A DNA stretch of 64,000 nucleotides from Eledone cirrhosa. Lineage: Eukaryota. This document shows, one piece after another, positions 13,953 through 26,895 of the stretch. Below the pieces are notes generated by a model, which was not told where the DNA came from, did not search any database, and saw nothing but the letters and a program-made list of their open reading frames with translations. A program made the translations under genes and the position numbers. The stretch is from NCBI GenBank assembly GCA_964016885.1, contig OZ024751.1, positions 16,678,001-16,742,000 on the forward strand, in the 5' to 3' direction. Position 1 is the first letter of the stretch, and each line of letters begins with the position of its first letter.

Positions 13953-14450
13953 GCCATTTTAAACAGACTTTTAATGGAAACATTCTAGACTAATCATCAA
14001 CACTATGCAGTAGGAGTACACTGGGATATTGCAGAATTGCAGACATTTTAAATAGTTATGGGCCTCGTGGTGCTTCTATTCATTTCTATATAATAGAAGT
14101 GACCGCAAGAACCTGAATTAATCAAGAGAGAATGAAAAGTAAGCGCTACATGTTATTTATTTAAATGTTTTATTTAATTGTTTTATTTATTTGTTTTATT
14201 TATTTAATTGTTTTATTTATTTATTTATTTAATTGTTTTATTTATTTATTTATTTATGCTTATTTATTTATTTATTTATTTATGCTTATTTATTTATGCT
14301 TATTTATTTATTTATTTATGCTTATTTGAAGATAGACATAGAATATTCGAAAATATTCTGTATGTTTATAATAAACATTTTGAAGACCTAATCGCTATAG
14401 AATAGAATAGGTCACGTATTACAATTAGATTCTCGATAAAAGCAAGGGAA

Positions 14451-14493
14451 GTAACCTACGCGTTTCATTCTTATTAGAAATCTTCAGGATTAC
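14451..14493 (-). ncRNA. Minimal type I hammerhead ribozyme motif (family C)
   Basis: Minus strand: GTAATC-CTGAAGA-tTTCT aata AGAAt-GAA-ACGCGT-A-GGTTAC. Palindromic stem III, enclosed by a perfect 16-bp helix (14429-14444 with 14502-14517). Confidence 0.85.
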
Positions 14494-14582
14494 ATATCCA
14501 GTGCTTTTATCGAGAATGACACAGCTAGAAACTTATAGAATACTTTCACATATATATCGCTATTTCAGAGCATTTAATCCAA

Positions 14583-14779
14583 TTTATGCTTATTTATTTA
14601 TTTATTTATTTATGCTTATTTATTTATTTATTTATGCTTATTTATTTATGCTTATTTATTTATTTATTTATTTATTTATGTTTATTCATTTATTTATTCT
14701 TATTTATTTATTTATTTATGCTTATTTATTTATTTATTTATGCTAATTTATTTATTTATTTATGCTTATTTATTTATGC

Positions 14780-14810
<31 letters not shown>

Positions 14811-14935
14811 TGTTTATTCATTTATTTATTCTTATTTATTTATTTATTTATGCTTATTTATTTATTTATTTATGCTAATTTATTTATTTATTTATGCTTA
14901 TTTATTTATTTATTTATTTATGTATGCTTATTTAA
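14583..14935. repeat. (TTTA)n microsatellite with TGC interruptions
   Basis: Direct reading; a second tract lies at 14150-14327. Confidence 0.95.
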
Positions 14936-15034
14936 TTAAATTTGTGATTAATTTTGCTTAATTAGAATTGACAGCTTCTTCCAAATGAACTTGGTGACCT
15001 TAGACGGTTAATCTGTGTCTTCAAATATGTATAG

Positions 15035-15276
15035 TGATGGTGACGATGATGATGATGATGATGATTGATGACGCTGATGAAGATCCCGATGACAACGATG
15101 ATGATAATGATGACAACGATGATGATCATGATGATGATGACAACGATGATGATGACAACGATGATGATGACAACGATGATGATGCTGATGACGGTGGTGG
15201 TGGTGACAACGATGATGATGATTATGACGATGATGATGATGATGATGATGACAACGATGATGATGATGATGACGAC

Positions 15277-15307
<31 letters not shown>

Positions 15308-15396
15308 ACAACGATGATGATGATTATGACGATGATGATGATGATGACGATGATGACGATGATGATGATGATGATGAGGAGGTTGATGCTGATGCT
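15035..15396. repeat. (GAT/GAC)n trinucleotide tract
   Basis: Direct reading; includes a higher-order duplication of ggtggtggtggtgacaacgatgatgatgattatgac. Confidence 0.95.
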
Positions 15397-15685
15397 AAAT
15401 AAACTAGCTTTAGAAATAATTGGTTCTACTTTTGGCACAAGGCCAGCAATTATCCCAGTGCATTACTGGTACTTTATTTTATCGACCCCGTAAGGATGAA
15501 AGGCAAAGTTAACCTCGGCGAGATTTGAACTCAGACCAAATCCCGCCGAGGTTAACTTTACCTTTCATCCTTACGGGGCCGATAAAATAAGTACCAGTAA
15601 TACACTGGAATAATTGCTGGCCTTGTGCCAGCTTTAGAAATAATAAGAGAAAAAATGACTGTTTGAAGCCATCACAAAGTTATTC

Positions 15686-15789
<104 letters not shown>

Positions 15790-15984
15790 ACTTTAGTACA
15801 GCATAAACGAAGCCCTGGCAGCAGCTAAGCTAACGAATACAATCGGGGTGTGCAGCTAAGTACTCAATAAGGTATATTACCTTAGATTATAACATTACGT
15901 TAGACAGCTTTGCAAATTGAAGGCAGCAACCGATAGGCGAGCTGCAGTAACCAAAGCGACAAAAAAAAACTGAACTCAGGAAAA

Positions 15985-16047
<63 letters not shown>

Positions 16048-16094
16048 GTATATGTGTGTGTATGTATGTATATATATATATATAAATATACGTG

Positions 16095-16148
<54 letters not shown>

Positions 16149-16156
16149 TACGTGTC

Positions 16157-16189
<33 letters not shown>

Positions 16190-16196
<7 letters not shown>

Positions 16197-17125
16197 TGGA
16201 CCATAACGCACCAGAGTACTCAATACTTAGGGTAGTAGAGTGGGAAATAGGAAAAAGTATGACCCCGACGGCAGAGCTCAAGCTGTTTCGACTAAATTAC
16301 AATTTTTAGCCTGGTGAATAAATAGCCGAACTTGTCAAGGGGGTACTTCCTTATATGGGAAGATTGTAGTTGTCAGGAAGATTGGTTAAAATTTGTTGTA
16401 AACACAAATAAGTCTATCATGGCATTTGGTGGGCGGTAGGGGTGGCTGAACTTGCCTGTAGAACAATTGGAGAGTGAGTGGAGCGGTCAAGCGTTGAAAG
16501 TGATATGTATAGAGCAGATTCTAAGGATAGTGTATGAAGTGGAGGAGGGAGGTTATAGAATAGGTAAATCGAATGAGAGTAGGAGACAATAAAAGATAAT
16601 AGAAAGAAATGAAAAAATATATAAAATTAGATAGTGAGATATGAATAAAAAAAATCACAATGCAATCTTACAATTACAGGTTAATAAGTTGATAATAGAA
16701 AAAAACTTGTCGAAATTCCCCCCGTCTCATCCTATCACTTTCTTCTTCTGTTTTTCCTCTTTCGCCTACCCCGATGCAGCCCATCGGGCCTATGTAGAAT
16801 CAGTTCCCTCACCCCTGTAATTTTAAGAAAGAATTGGCCGAATAAGTTTTACTAACTACTTATAGCAGATGTGTTAAACCCCTTTAATTTTGTATCAGTT
16901 TTGTTACTACTCAATTTCTACAAGTTTTTTCTAGTCTCAACTTATTAACTTGTAATTGTAAGATAGCATTGTGATTTTTTAAATTCATTTCTCACTATCT
17001 AATTTTGTATATTTTTTCATTTCTTTCTATTATCTTTTATTGTTTCCTACTCTCACACGATTTAGTCTAGAAATAGCCGTCGAAACGGCTTGAGCTCTGC
17101 CGTCGGGATCATACTTTTTCCTATA
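16190..17125. mobile_element. Penelope-like relic with inverted segment and hammerhead 3' halves (family P)
   Basis: GAAACGGC ttgagctct GCCGTC GGGGTC (GAAA, stem III, GUC) at 16260-16290 (-) and about 17082-17110 (+). 16575-16710 is inverted at 16920-17055. The family recurs at 11570-11722, 28422-28560, 31173-31363 and 37205-37380. Confidence 0.6.
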
Positions 17126-17208
17126 TCTCTCTCTCTCCCACTCTCAAGAGCGTGAAACTAATAAACCTTTGTTCGTATTGCCTCTCTGTTCTGTTCCCGT
17201 TCCATTTT

Positions 17209-17255
<47 letters not shown>

Positions 17256-17582
17256 CCTGTCAGTGTGTGTCTGTGTGTCTTTATATGTGTATCTGTGTGT
17301 GTTTATAAGCGTGTATGGGCAAAACTAGAGAAACTACTGACATTAGACATCTGACATAAAACATCGAGTGGTGTTCTGCACGAGTTAGCAGTCAATTAGA
17401 GAAAGTAGGCAAAGCCAAGCATCTTAACTCAACCTATTTCACGAATGTAGATAATGGACATGGTTGGCATTGCACTTAATGGCCTACACTGAAAGGACTC
17501 GATCAATTGAAATCTACCTCTTAGTTGAAGAAAGAAATCAAGACTAGAACGTCGAATTTTAGCTACTTTCAAAGAAAAGAAG

Positions 17583-17620
<38 letters not shown>

Positions 17621-17632
17621 TTAATATAGAAA

Positions 17633-17683
17633 AGCTCCTACAGGACTAGAACTGTTTCATTTGTAAGAAATCATCAGGAAGCT
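17633..17683 (-). ncRNA. Type I hammerhead ribozyme motif (family D)
   Basis: Minus strand: AGCTTC-CTGATGA-tttcttacaaat-GAA-ACAG ttctagtc CTGT-A-GGAGCT. A truncated sister copy lies at 42523-42561 (+). Confidence 0.75.
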
Positions 17684-18083
17684 GACTATACTCTGCTATG
17701 TATTGAGTACCTTATTTACTGTGGTTACCCCCGATTGAACCCGGAATAACTTATATATATATATATATATAGTATTAAGGATACTATTTATGGTTATGCA
17801 AATACAAAAACCCTTTGTAGTTATATATATTTTTACAAACCCTAAATAGTGATAGGCAGTAATATATTACTACCTTATTACCAGTAAGTTAAATAGCTCA
17901 ATGTACTAACATCAGATGTTTTACAGAGCAGTTATATGTAAGTTAAAAGAATCAAAGTTCTGATCAAATCATTTATAAATGATTTGATCAGAACTTTGAT
18001 TCTTATAACTTACATATATATGCTCCTATTTTCACGGAAATATTCGTATTTTTGTACTGCCGTAAACTCTTGGTAGATTTATC

Positions 18084-18136
<53 letters not shown>

Positions 18137-18177
18137 TATATATATATATATATACAGTATATAAATATATATATACA

Positions 18178-18231
<54 letters not shown>

Positions 18232-18819
18232 CCGTATTTGGGAATTTATTTTGTAGTCTTTTAGAGAATTTTATGACAATAAAAAAGTGGCTCACGAAGG
18301 CTTTTAAAAAAAGCCTTCGTGAGCCACTTTTTTATTGTCATAAAATTCTCTAAAAGGCTACAAAATAAATTCCGAAATACGGGCGCGAAATTTAATGAAC
18401 TTGTTCACGTGATAGCGATAATTTCATTTATAACCAATCAAATTACATTAAAAAAAAAGCCTTCGTGAGCCCCCCTTTTTTAAGTAAAAAGAAATTCAAA
18501 CACTCATATATGAAAAAAACAACCTGAGCCCCCCTCCCCTTGCTTGAAGAACTTTGTAACGCGAATTGGCGCGAAATTTATTATACTTATTGACCAACCA
18601 ATCAAATTACTTCTCTAAAAACCTGGCATTTCGAACCACTTTCTTCCATATAAAACAAGTAATATTCAAAGACCAACCAGATGTGAGAAAAACCACAGAC
18701 ACTCCATCTCGAATCTACTTTTAAAAAGCAGAAGAACTGCGAAACCGGTAAAGGAACCAAATAATTATATATATATCTTTTAAAATAAGACTCCAGTTGC
18801 ATTTTCGATTTCATCTTTT

Positions 18820-18874
<55 letters not shown>

Positions 18875-18946
18875 GGAAAAATTGGAACAGGGACAAAACA
18901 GAGAGGCAGTACAACGAATGTTTATTAATTTCACGCTCTATATATA

Positions 18947-19232
18947 CTAGCAGTGGTACCCGGCGTTGCACGGGATAAGGTATTTTGGAACGCTGGCCGC
19001 CAACAGACCTAATCGTGGAAAAACTGCATGCTTGGACAATATGTAAAGAAAATAAACCGAATACTCTGATGGCTGGATAATATTTAAGATTTTCCTCGAT
19101 GAAGCAAGAAAAATGCAGGTTTTCACTTCATGCGGGCCCTAGGGGATCAAGAAAATGAGTATTTTTTATGCCTTGAAATTTCGAGAAAATCGGCTAGCCC
19201 TAAAAAGCTGAAAAAATGAAGTTTTTCACCCA

Positions 19233-19235
<3 letters not shown>
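18947..19235 (-). mobile_element. Helitron-like 3' terminal fragment
   Basis: Minus strand ends in hairpin CCCGTGCAACGCCGGG, a short spacer, then CTAG|T, the Helitron CTRR terminus. Confidence 0.65.
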
Positions 19236-19296
<61 letters not shown>

Positions 19297-20044
19297 AAGG
19301 AGTGATATAGAGATTTGGGTGACAGAAAAAGAGAGAGAGTGAACGACAACTTCTACTACTACCACTACCACCACCACCACCACGACCACCACCACCACTA
19401 CTACCACTACCACTACTACTACTAGTATTAATAGTAATAATAATAATGATTTCTAGTATAGGCCCAAGGCCAGTAATTGGGGGGGGGGGTCTCGATTAAA
19501 TCAAATCAGTACGTTACTGGTACTTTATTTTATCGACCCCGTAAGGATGAAACGCAAAGCTAACTTCGACAGTATTTGATCTCTGATCATAAAGGGGCGT
19601 AACTCTATGCCATAAAGCATGTTGTCCGACGCTCAACCGATACTACCAATCCCCCACCCTCACTACTACTACTACTAACACCACCACCAACAATAATATT
19701 AATAATAAGAAGTAGTCCTAACTTTTGGCACAAGGTTACCAGTTTCAGGGTAGGTTAAATTGGATTATGTCGACCCCAGTACCTGGCTGGCCCATATCTT
19801 AAGGCGTAATTGACCTCGGCGGTGTTTGAACATAAGGACCACGAGCGAATACCACATGGCTTTATGACCTACACTAACGATTTTGCCAACCCACAATCAA
19901 TAATTTTAATAATGTTTTCTGATTTATGCACAATTTAAAGTGTCACAGTGGTACTCCTACGACTTCATCAGGAGACACAGGTCTATACAGACAGACACAC
20001 AGACGGCAGCAGGCACACATACATACACATACGTACATACATAC

Positions 20045-20480
20045 ATTATTGGGGCACTGGGATATGTTAGTAACTGCTTCAATACAAATCTTGAGAAGCT
20101 AGGCTTCACAGGAACAGAAAGAACACAACTAGTTAGGAAATTACAAGTACAATCCATTAATGGAACAGTAAAAATATGTAAAACATTCTAAAAATGTTGC
20201 ATCTAATAACTGCATATACACATGTACAGATACAAAGCATATACACATGCACACATACAACTCAAAACATATACATGCACACATACAATAACATCAATAT
20301 CTACACATGCATACATACATATCTACCTAGTTGATGTGTAAATTCCAATGAGAGAGTCTTGTGTCTAAATTAGAAACCGACTCTCTCTCTATTGGGAAAA
20401 CATTTGTGAAATTATAAGAGCAGAACATACATACATACATACTTACATACATACATACATACATGCATACATACATACAT
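20045..20480 (+). mobile_element. 3' end of a restriction-like-endonuclease LINE (CRE/R4-type) with (TACA)n tail
   Basis: IIGALGYV..LEKLGF..LVRKLQVQSINGTVKICKTF* then a 3'UTR; UTR homologue at about 32880-33135. Confidence 0.65.
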
Positions 20481-20482
20481 AC

Positions 20483-21088
20483 ATGGTGGCTGCCAACTCG
20501 TTTTCGAGTACGGCCACTACTTTATATCCATGTAGGAGAACCCCTACCGAAGCGCTGAACGAGTGTAACTTTTTAGTCCAGCCAGCGACTTGAAAACTCT
20601 GGTACAAACACTACACTTGTGAAAAATATTGACATATAGTGCTGGGCCCTTGGTACCATGTGACGACAAGTGCAGAGAGATCTCCAGATATAAAGCAATG
20701 CCTGTGCCGTGAAGCTTTTATAGTGAGCAAAGGCACTGCAAAAAGCCAGTCCCACTCTCTTAACCAAGATGATATTTACCAAAAAGAAGAACAAGTCAAC
20801 ATCATTGGATACCATCAGAGTTGCAGGTGTTATATCAGAGTTTTCCTTCTCCTAGAATTCTGCCTTGACAAAGGCTAAGGGGTCATCTCTCCCGGTGATT
20901 TTGGATGGCCATTGACACTTAAGAGCTCCTTTGCCCTTTGACAGGTTTTGTTTTTAGTCCTGCAGGATGTCCAAAGTCACCCACCTCACCAAGAAACCTT
21001 GGTGGGGTTGCCAGTTTAGTCGCCAACGACCCGACCATGGGACAGGTTGTACTGGGATACATGTTACCAGTAGCACCAACTGGTGACA
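20483..21088 (-). mobile_element. About 600-bp non-autonomous retroposon in microsatellite context
   Basis: Near-identical reverse complement of 53641-54288; related pieces at 11983-12165, 12241-12592 and 34722-35072. Confidence 0.8.
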
Positions 21089-21958
21089 TACATACATACA
21101 TACATACATCTAAAGTCTGTCTCGAGCCGGGAGGCTCCTCAGACCGACAATTATCTCGGTTTTCGTGGCGTGAAGCGACTGAGAGTACAAGACTTCCCCT
21201 GACAGGACGCCAGTCAATCGCAGGGTTAAACCTCCAGCTATGGCTGGTACTCATTTTCAGCTGAGTATACTGGAATAATGTGAAATAAACTGCTTTGCCT
21301 AAGAACACAGGTCGAGGAACCAAATCCACCACATTATGATCGTAAGTCCATAGAGCGGTGGATTGGCAGTATCGGTAGAAGGTCGGACGCCATGCTTTGC
21401 AGCAATGAGTTACGTCCCTTTATGGTCTGAGTTCAAATCCCACCGAGGTTAACTTTACCTTTCATCCTTACGGGTTCGATAAAATAAAGTACCAGTAATA
21501 CACTGTGATAATTGCTGGTCTCGTGCCAAAAGTAGAAACAATTATGATCGTAAGTCCAACAACTTTAACACTAGGCTATGCTGCATCCGCACATACACAC
21601 ACTAGCTATAAGATGCTGGGGTTCTTGTGTAGGAAATGGAATATAGAGGAACTTAATGTATAATTTCATGTTAAACAGTCGTTCATCTTAATATATTGTC
21701 TGGTATTCCAAGAAAAGGTCAAAGAGGACAATTGTTAGAATGAATTTGTGAACTCTTTTGACACTGATTCGGTCCTGACCGCAGAATTGATGCATAACAT
21801 TTGCAGAAAATAATCCTGATCTGGAAATAACTTACGATACAGCAGACAAGTTTCTTTAAGAGGATACATACTTTTCTACGAAAACCACATCAAGAAAAGA
21901 AATGGAGGATTTATAAGAGATCTTATATAACAGAAATACAAACAAAGCCAAAAAACAA

Positions 21959-21990
<32 letters not shown>

Positions 21991-22514
21991 GTGTATATAT
22001 ATACACACACACACACACTCACACACGCATACATGTACACACATAACTACCAATGTAAACTTTGATAAAAGGAATGCGGAAGACATTAATGAAAGCAAAT
22101 AAGAAAAGATAAAAAAATAAGATGTCGAACAATAAGAATTGAATCAGAATGACATCAATGAAAATACAGCTAGAAAGATGCATCTTCAAAGATTTCGCAT
22201 ACGACAATAATCTGAAAGTGGAAATAGAAATCACTAGAAATATATCTTCAAAAGTAAACTATTGTCGCTCTAATATAATATATGTAAACTGGGGTATCAT
22301 AGGTATGCTTTAAACAAATTGAAACATCAACTTAACCAAGATATATGCAGTAATCAACTATAGTAGACACATTAAAATGTAGGTCAATTCTCAAATATTG
22401 TCATACATAGACTATGTAAATGTTTAACATATCGGAAGTAAATTTGAAAAGAAAGACATCATCTCTTAATCTTTGTAAATATTGACAATAAAAGCATACA
22501 GCAGCAGACACATA

Positions 22515-22609
22515 AATATATAGATATTTACACACATTCACACACACTCTCACACAGATATTTACAAACAGACCCAACCTTCACACAGACATTCCCAGAG
22601 AGAGAGAGA

Positions 22610-22672
<63 letters not shown>

Positions 22673-22900
22673 GCATTCACATACACTCACACAGACATTT
22701 ACACACAGACCCAACCTTCATACAGACATTCACACACAAACACACATTTACACAGATATTCACACATACTCATACAAACATTCATACAGACACACACACA
22801 CAGAAACAAACACACAAACACAGACATTCACACAGGCACACACACACACACAAATACACTAACACAAGACATTCACACATTCACAGACAAAGACACAAAA
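22515..22900. repeat. (CA)n-rich low-complexity tract
   Basis: Direct reading. Confidence 0.9.
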
Positions 22901-25900
22901 CAAAGGCGAGACTAATACTACAGGAACATAGAATCACAAAGAATCTGTCGGTTCAGAAAGCTGTTATGTGTTTTGAACAATAAATAATATTTTTACAAAA
23001 ACCTACTTAAATACAAATCTGAAACCTGAAACCAGACTTTTTAACGGCACGTGGATATACGAATATAGAAAAGCAACACTGAAATACTTATCAGAGAAAT
23101 AATGATCAAGGAATCATACTAGATAATTGTTTCTACTTTAGGCACAAGGCCAGAAATTATCCAGTGCATTACTGGTACTTTATTTTATCGACCCTGTAAG
23201 GATGAAAGGCAAAGTCAACCTCGGCGGGATTTGAACTCAGATCGTAAAGGGACGTAACTATGCTGGAAAGCATGGCGTCCGACCCTCTACCGATACTGCC
23301 AATCCACCGCCCTGTTTCTGTGTGTGTGTGTCTGTATGAGTATGTGTGAATATCTGTGTAAAGAATTGGTACACATAATATCGTCTGGATAGACCATCTA
23401 TTCTATACATATAAAGTACTTGGAAATATAGCTAATGCTTGACTGCAAGATCCAGAAGTAATAGCCAGGAATGCTGAGCAAGAGAAATACAATCTTTAAT
23501 TCAAGAATGAAGAACAAGTGATATTATATATCTCCTTGCCTACAGTACACAAAGCTTGAACAAAACAATGTTCTGAAATGTGAAGTGGTCACTTGAAATA
23601 ACAATATCTTCCCAGAAGAACAGATCGGAACGGATGTATTAAAGGCTAATACGGATGCAAATGTCATCTCCTTACCAAGAGAGCAATAACTGAAGACTGA
23701 AGAAGAAACAAGCCACAATACCTGCATGTTCATTGTTTGTGCAATTCCCACACAAACGAAGTATTGAACTATTAGTCACAAGTATGTTAGTATGATCCCA
23801 TAACTCTTAGTGGAATTGTTGGGGAGCCGTAGTCTTTTACGACACGTCTTGGGTATTTTAAACTTGGTGGAGCCGATCTCTTATCCAGGTCTGAACACAA
23901 TCGATTTCTTTCAGAGAAGAGGATAGAAGCGATATAGAGGAAGAATCTACCCCACTCCTGGGCTGGTATTTGTTATCATCAACCTCGAAAGGATGAAAAT
24001 ATTTGAACTCAGAAAGCAGAGAGCTAGAACAAATACGGCAAAACATTTTATCTGACATTCTAACAACTCTGCTAACTCACTGCCTTTAGATATCTTTAAT
24101 AACGAACATTCGCATTGGACTTGTGAATAAATGAAAGTTATAAATACTAACAGAAAAATCACACTTCCGGCGGTTTTTCTGCTGCCATGTGTAGTGTGCA
24201 TGTTGATATTATACACAAACATATATGCATGTAGATATGATACATCAAATAAAATCGTAATTCACAATATGCACAGAAATTGAACGAAGTCTGAGTTACA
24301 CTGTAATCAGTAAAGTAATCCATGATACATTAAAAAAAGATGATATTCTATAAATTGCCTATATGATAAACTAAAATGTTATGAAAACGAAAAAGGAGAA
24401 AATTAGCGACGGAAATATAAGTCTTATATAACGATGCAAATATATGAACTTTATATAAGCGAGTAATAAGTGTTATAATATAACGGACGCTAACCGGAAG
24501 TGTTGACATTTGAAAATTTTGAAGAAGTGAATCTTAAAATAAGCAATATTTTATATATAAGAATATTCATGTTTAATCAAGAGCTACGAAATTTAGTAGA
24601 TAAATTACATAATATTCATTCATTTTTTATTCAAAGTAATCCAACTTATTTTACTAATAGGATAAAAAATATAGAACGGACATTTTCCCCCACCCCTCGC
24701 TTATATTATATTATAGATTCAAACAAAGTGGGAATCATAAAAACAAAATTAATTACCACCTGAATGGAAATATTTGAATGGGACTTTTCCCATTCTGGCG
24801 CTGACTTCATTAGCTAAATCTTTAAGACGGACACAGCCAACTATATAACAATTCATGTTTTACACGTATATACATGATGCAGGTATGTCAGTTTATTCTT
24901 AATCTATTAAATGTATCAAGCAAAACAAAATATTACTCTATGCTGATCTTCTCCAACCAGATGTCATTCCTCGTAAGATTCGCGTTTAGAATCTGGCTAT
25001 ATTTCTCTGTAATATCACAGTCAATGGTTTGACTGTCACCATCTATGCTACACTAAGCTAAGCTAAAATATGCACCCATGGACAGATACTTTTTTCTCCT
25101 GCACCATTTCCGCCTGATGATGTGCTTCGTCCTCGATCCTAACGTCAGGTATACGCTAGAATAAGTAAGTCTTGTCCTGGTCAATGAAAACGTCGACTAA
25201 TGCTTCCTTGAATTGAACCCTCGGTCACCTACAGAAAATGACTTTTCCACCCAAGAAGCAGAGGCATGTTAACTCTTTCTTTGCCCATGCATTTACACAT
25301 TCAGCAAACTACCAGAATCTATGATAACCAATTCCTCGGTTCAAACCATATTTCCATTTTGAAAATCAATGATTGAGCCATTGTTTGTAAAACTACTTCA
25401 ATTTTTATTCTGCGGCAATATTCATATGTTTATATTTGTATCAATGCTGCTTTTAATTGCGTTGCTGTTGTTACTGTTGCCTAGCAAGTGATCAAAACCA
25501 TTCTCTAGCATTTTGCTTTTATAGAAACTCAATGTTCTCCCTTCTAAACTATATTTCTGTTGCTGTAAAGAGGCTTAGTTCATATCTTTTGGTTGGTGTT
25601 GACTGCATAAATATGTTCCTCTTTGTTTCATCCCTATTTTGTTGTGTGCGAAAAAGTGGCGAACGAAAAACGTTTGAGTATAATATATATATAGTTTTCC
25701 ACACACTGGGTGCACAATCAACCCAACTCTTGCCTGCACGACGCACGCATACTCACACACATACATAAACACAGACGCACACAGAGACGCACACACGCAC
25801 AAACAAACGGACTCACACATACGCATGCACATATCAAACTCCGTGAAAATTGATGTAATTTTAGAAAAAGTAGAGAAACAGGGAAGCAAGCAAGTTCGCA

Positions 25901-26284
25901 TAAATCAAATACACGAATATATAAATACGTTGACCAGAGTTGACCTTGGTAGGGTTTGACCTCAGGATATAAGAGCCGTAACTAACACTCCATGATAGCA
26001 TCAAGGGTGCTTTTGAATTTTTCCCACTTACCAATCATTGCCGAGGCCCTAAACACTCCGAAAATCAATGGAGCTCGCCGCGAAGTTTATCTTCTGACTA
26101 AGTCTTCCTCTTCAGTTTTAGGCATGTCATGCAACTGTGTTAAATTCTTTTTTACAAATTTCATTAGTACCCTCGATGCTGTCGCGAACTGCAAATCCCG
26201 CAAAGCATTCTCTCAAAACCACTCCTGATCCTATCAATCATCTAACCTTCACACAACAACAACACTAACACTAGCACACACAAT

Positions 26285-26895
26285 ACAAAAGGAGGCATGA
26301 CATGTATTGTGCTAATCTGCATTAGTTATTGTACAAGAAGTATGGCATTGATATTGTTGAGAAATGGTACCAGTACAAACTAGAATCTATGGTAGAAAAC
26401 AAGTGTTAAGATATTGTTGGATATGAGCATTCAAGCGGATAGAGAAATATTAAACACAGATGACTTGACATTGTAGTAATTGAGGAAACGGCAAATATTG
26501 GATTCATGATCAACGTTTCCTGACCAGAGGGTACTAATCTGGTAAAAAATAGTAATGAGAATTTAGAAAATTAATGAGTGTAACGTGGAAATAGCCTGGT
26601 TGTTGAATAAAGAGATATACTTTATTCCCGTGGTCATTGTTGCTCTGGGATCAATACCACCAGAGTTCCACAACCACTTGAAAATAAAACCTAGCATAGA
26701 TTACGAGCTGAGTACTCTTAAAAAATCAGTTATTTTAACGACCGGTCATATTCTTCGAAGAGTTATATCTATTAAATGAGAGAAGAGCCAGTCGTTCTCC
26801 ATTGCTTTAGCTTATGTTAAGCCGTAATGGCGTCCTACATAATTAGCAGTAACAGAAAAGCTGTATTTAGGAGATAATAATAACAATAATAACAA
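26285..26895 (+). pseudogene. R4/Dong-like LINE 3' fragment (restriction-like endonuclease) with (AAT)n tail
   Basis: RRHD..KKYG..EKWY..VEN..IQADR..DIVVI..IPVVIVALGSIP..LKKSVILTTGHILRRV, disrupted by stops and frameshifts. Confidence 0.8.

Noticed and set aside
13955-14150. Possible GIY-YIG C-terminal relic
   Set aside because: Only a vague resemblance; no motif can be read with confidence.
14962-15493. Poly-Asp, poly-Met and poly-Ile ORFs
   Set aside because: Translations of a (GAT)n microsatellite running into a SINE.
19955-19985. Minus-strand CTC-CTGATGA-agtc-GTA-GGAG
   Set aside because: GAAA and stem III are missing; a collapsed relic at best.
20573-20878. ORFs conserved between 20.6 kb and 53.9 kb
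   Set aside because: Conservation reflects recent duplication of a non-coding repeat, not protein constraint.
25115-25200. CTGATGA..GAAA match
   Set aside because: No supporting stems I, II or III; likely chance.
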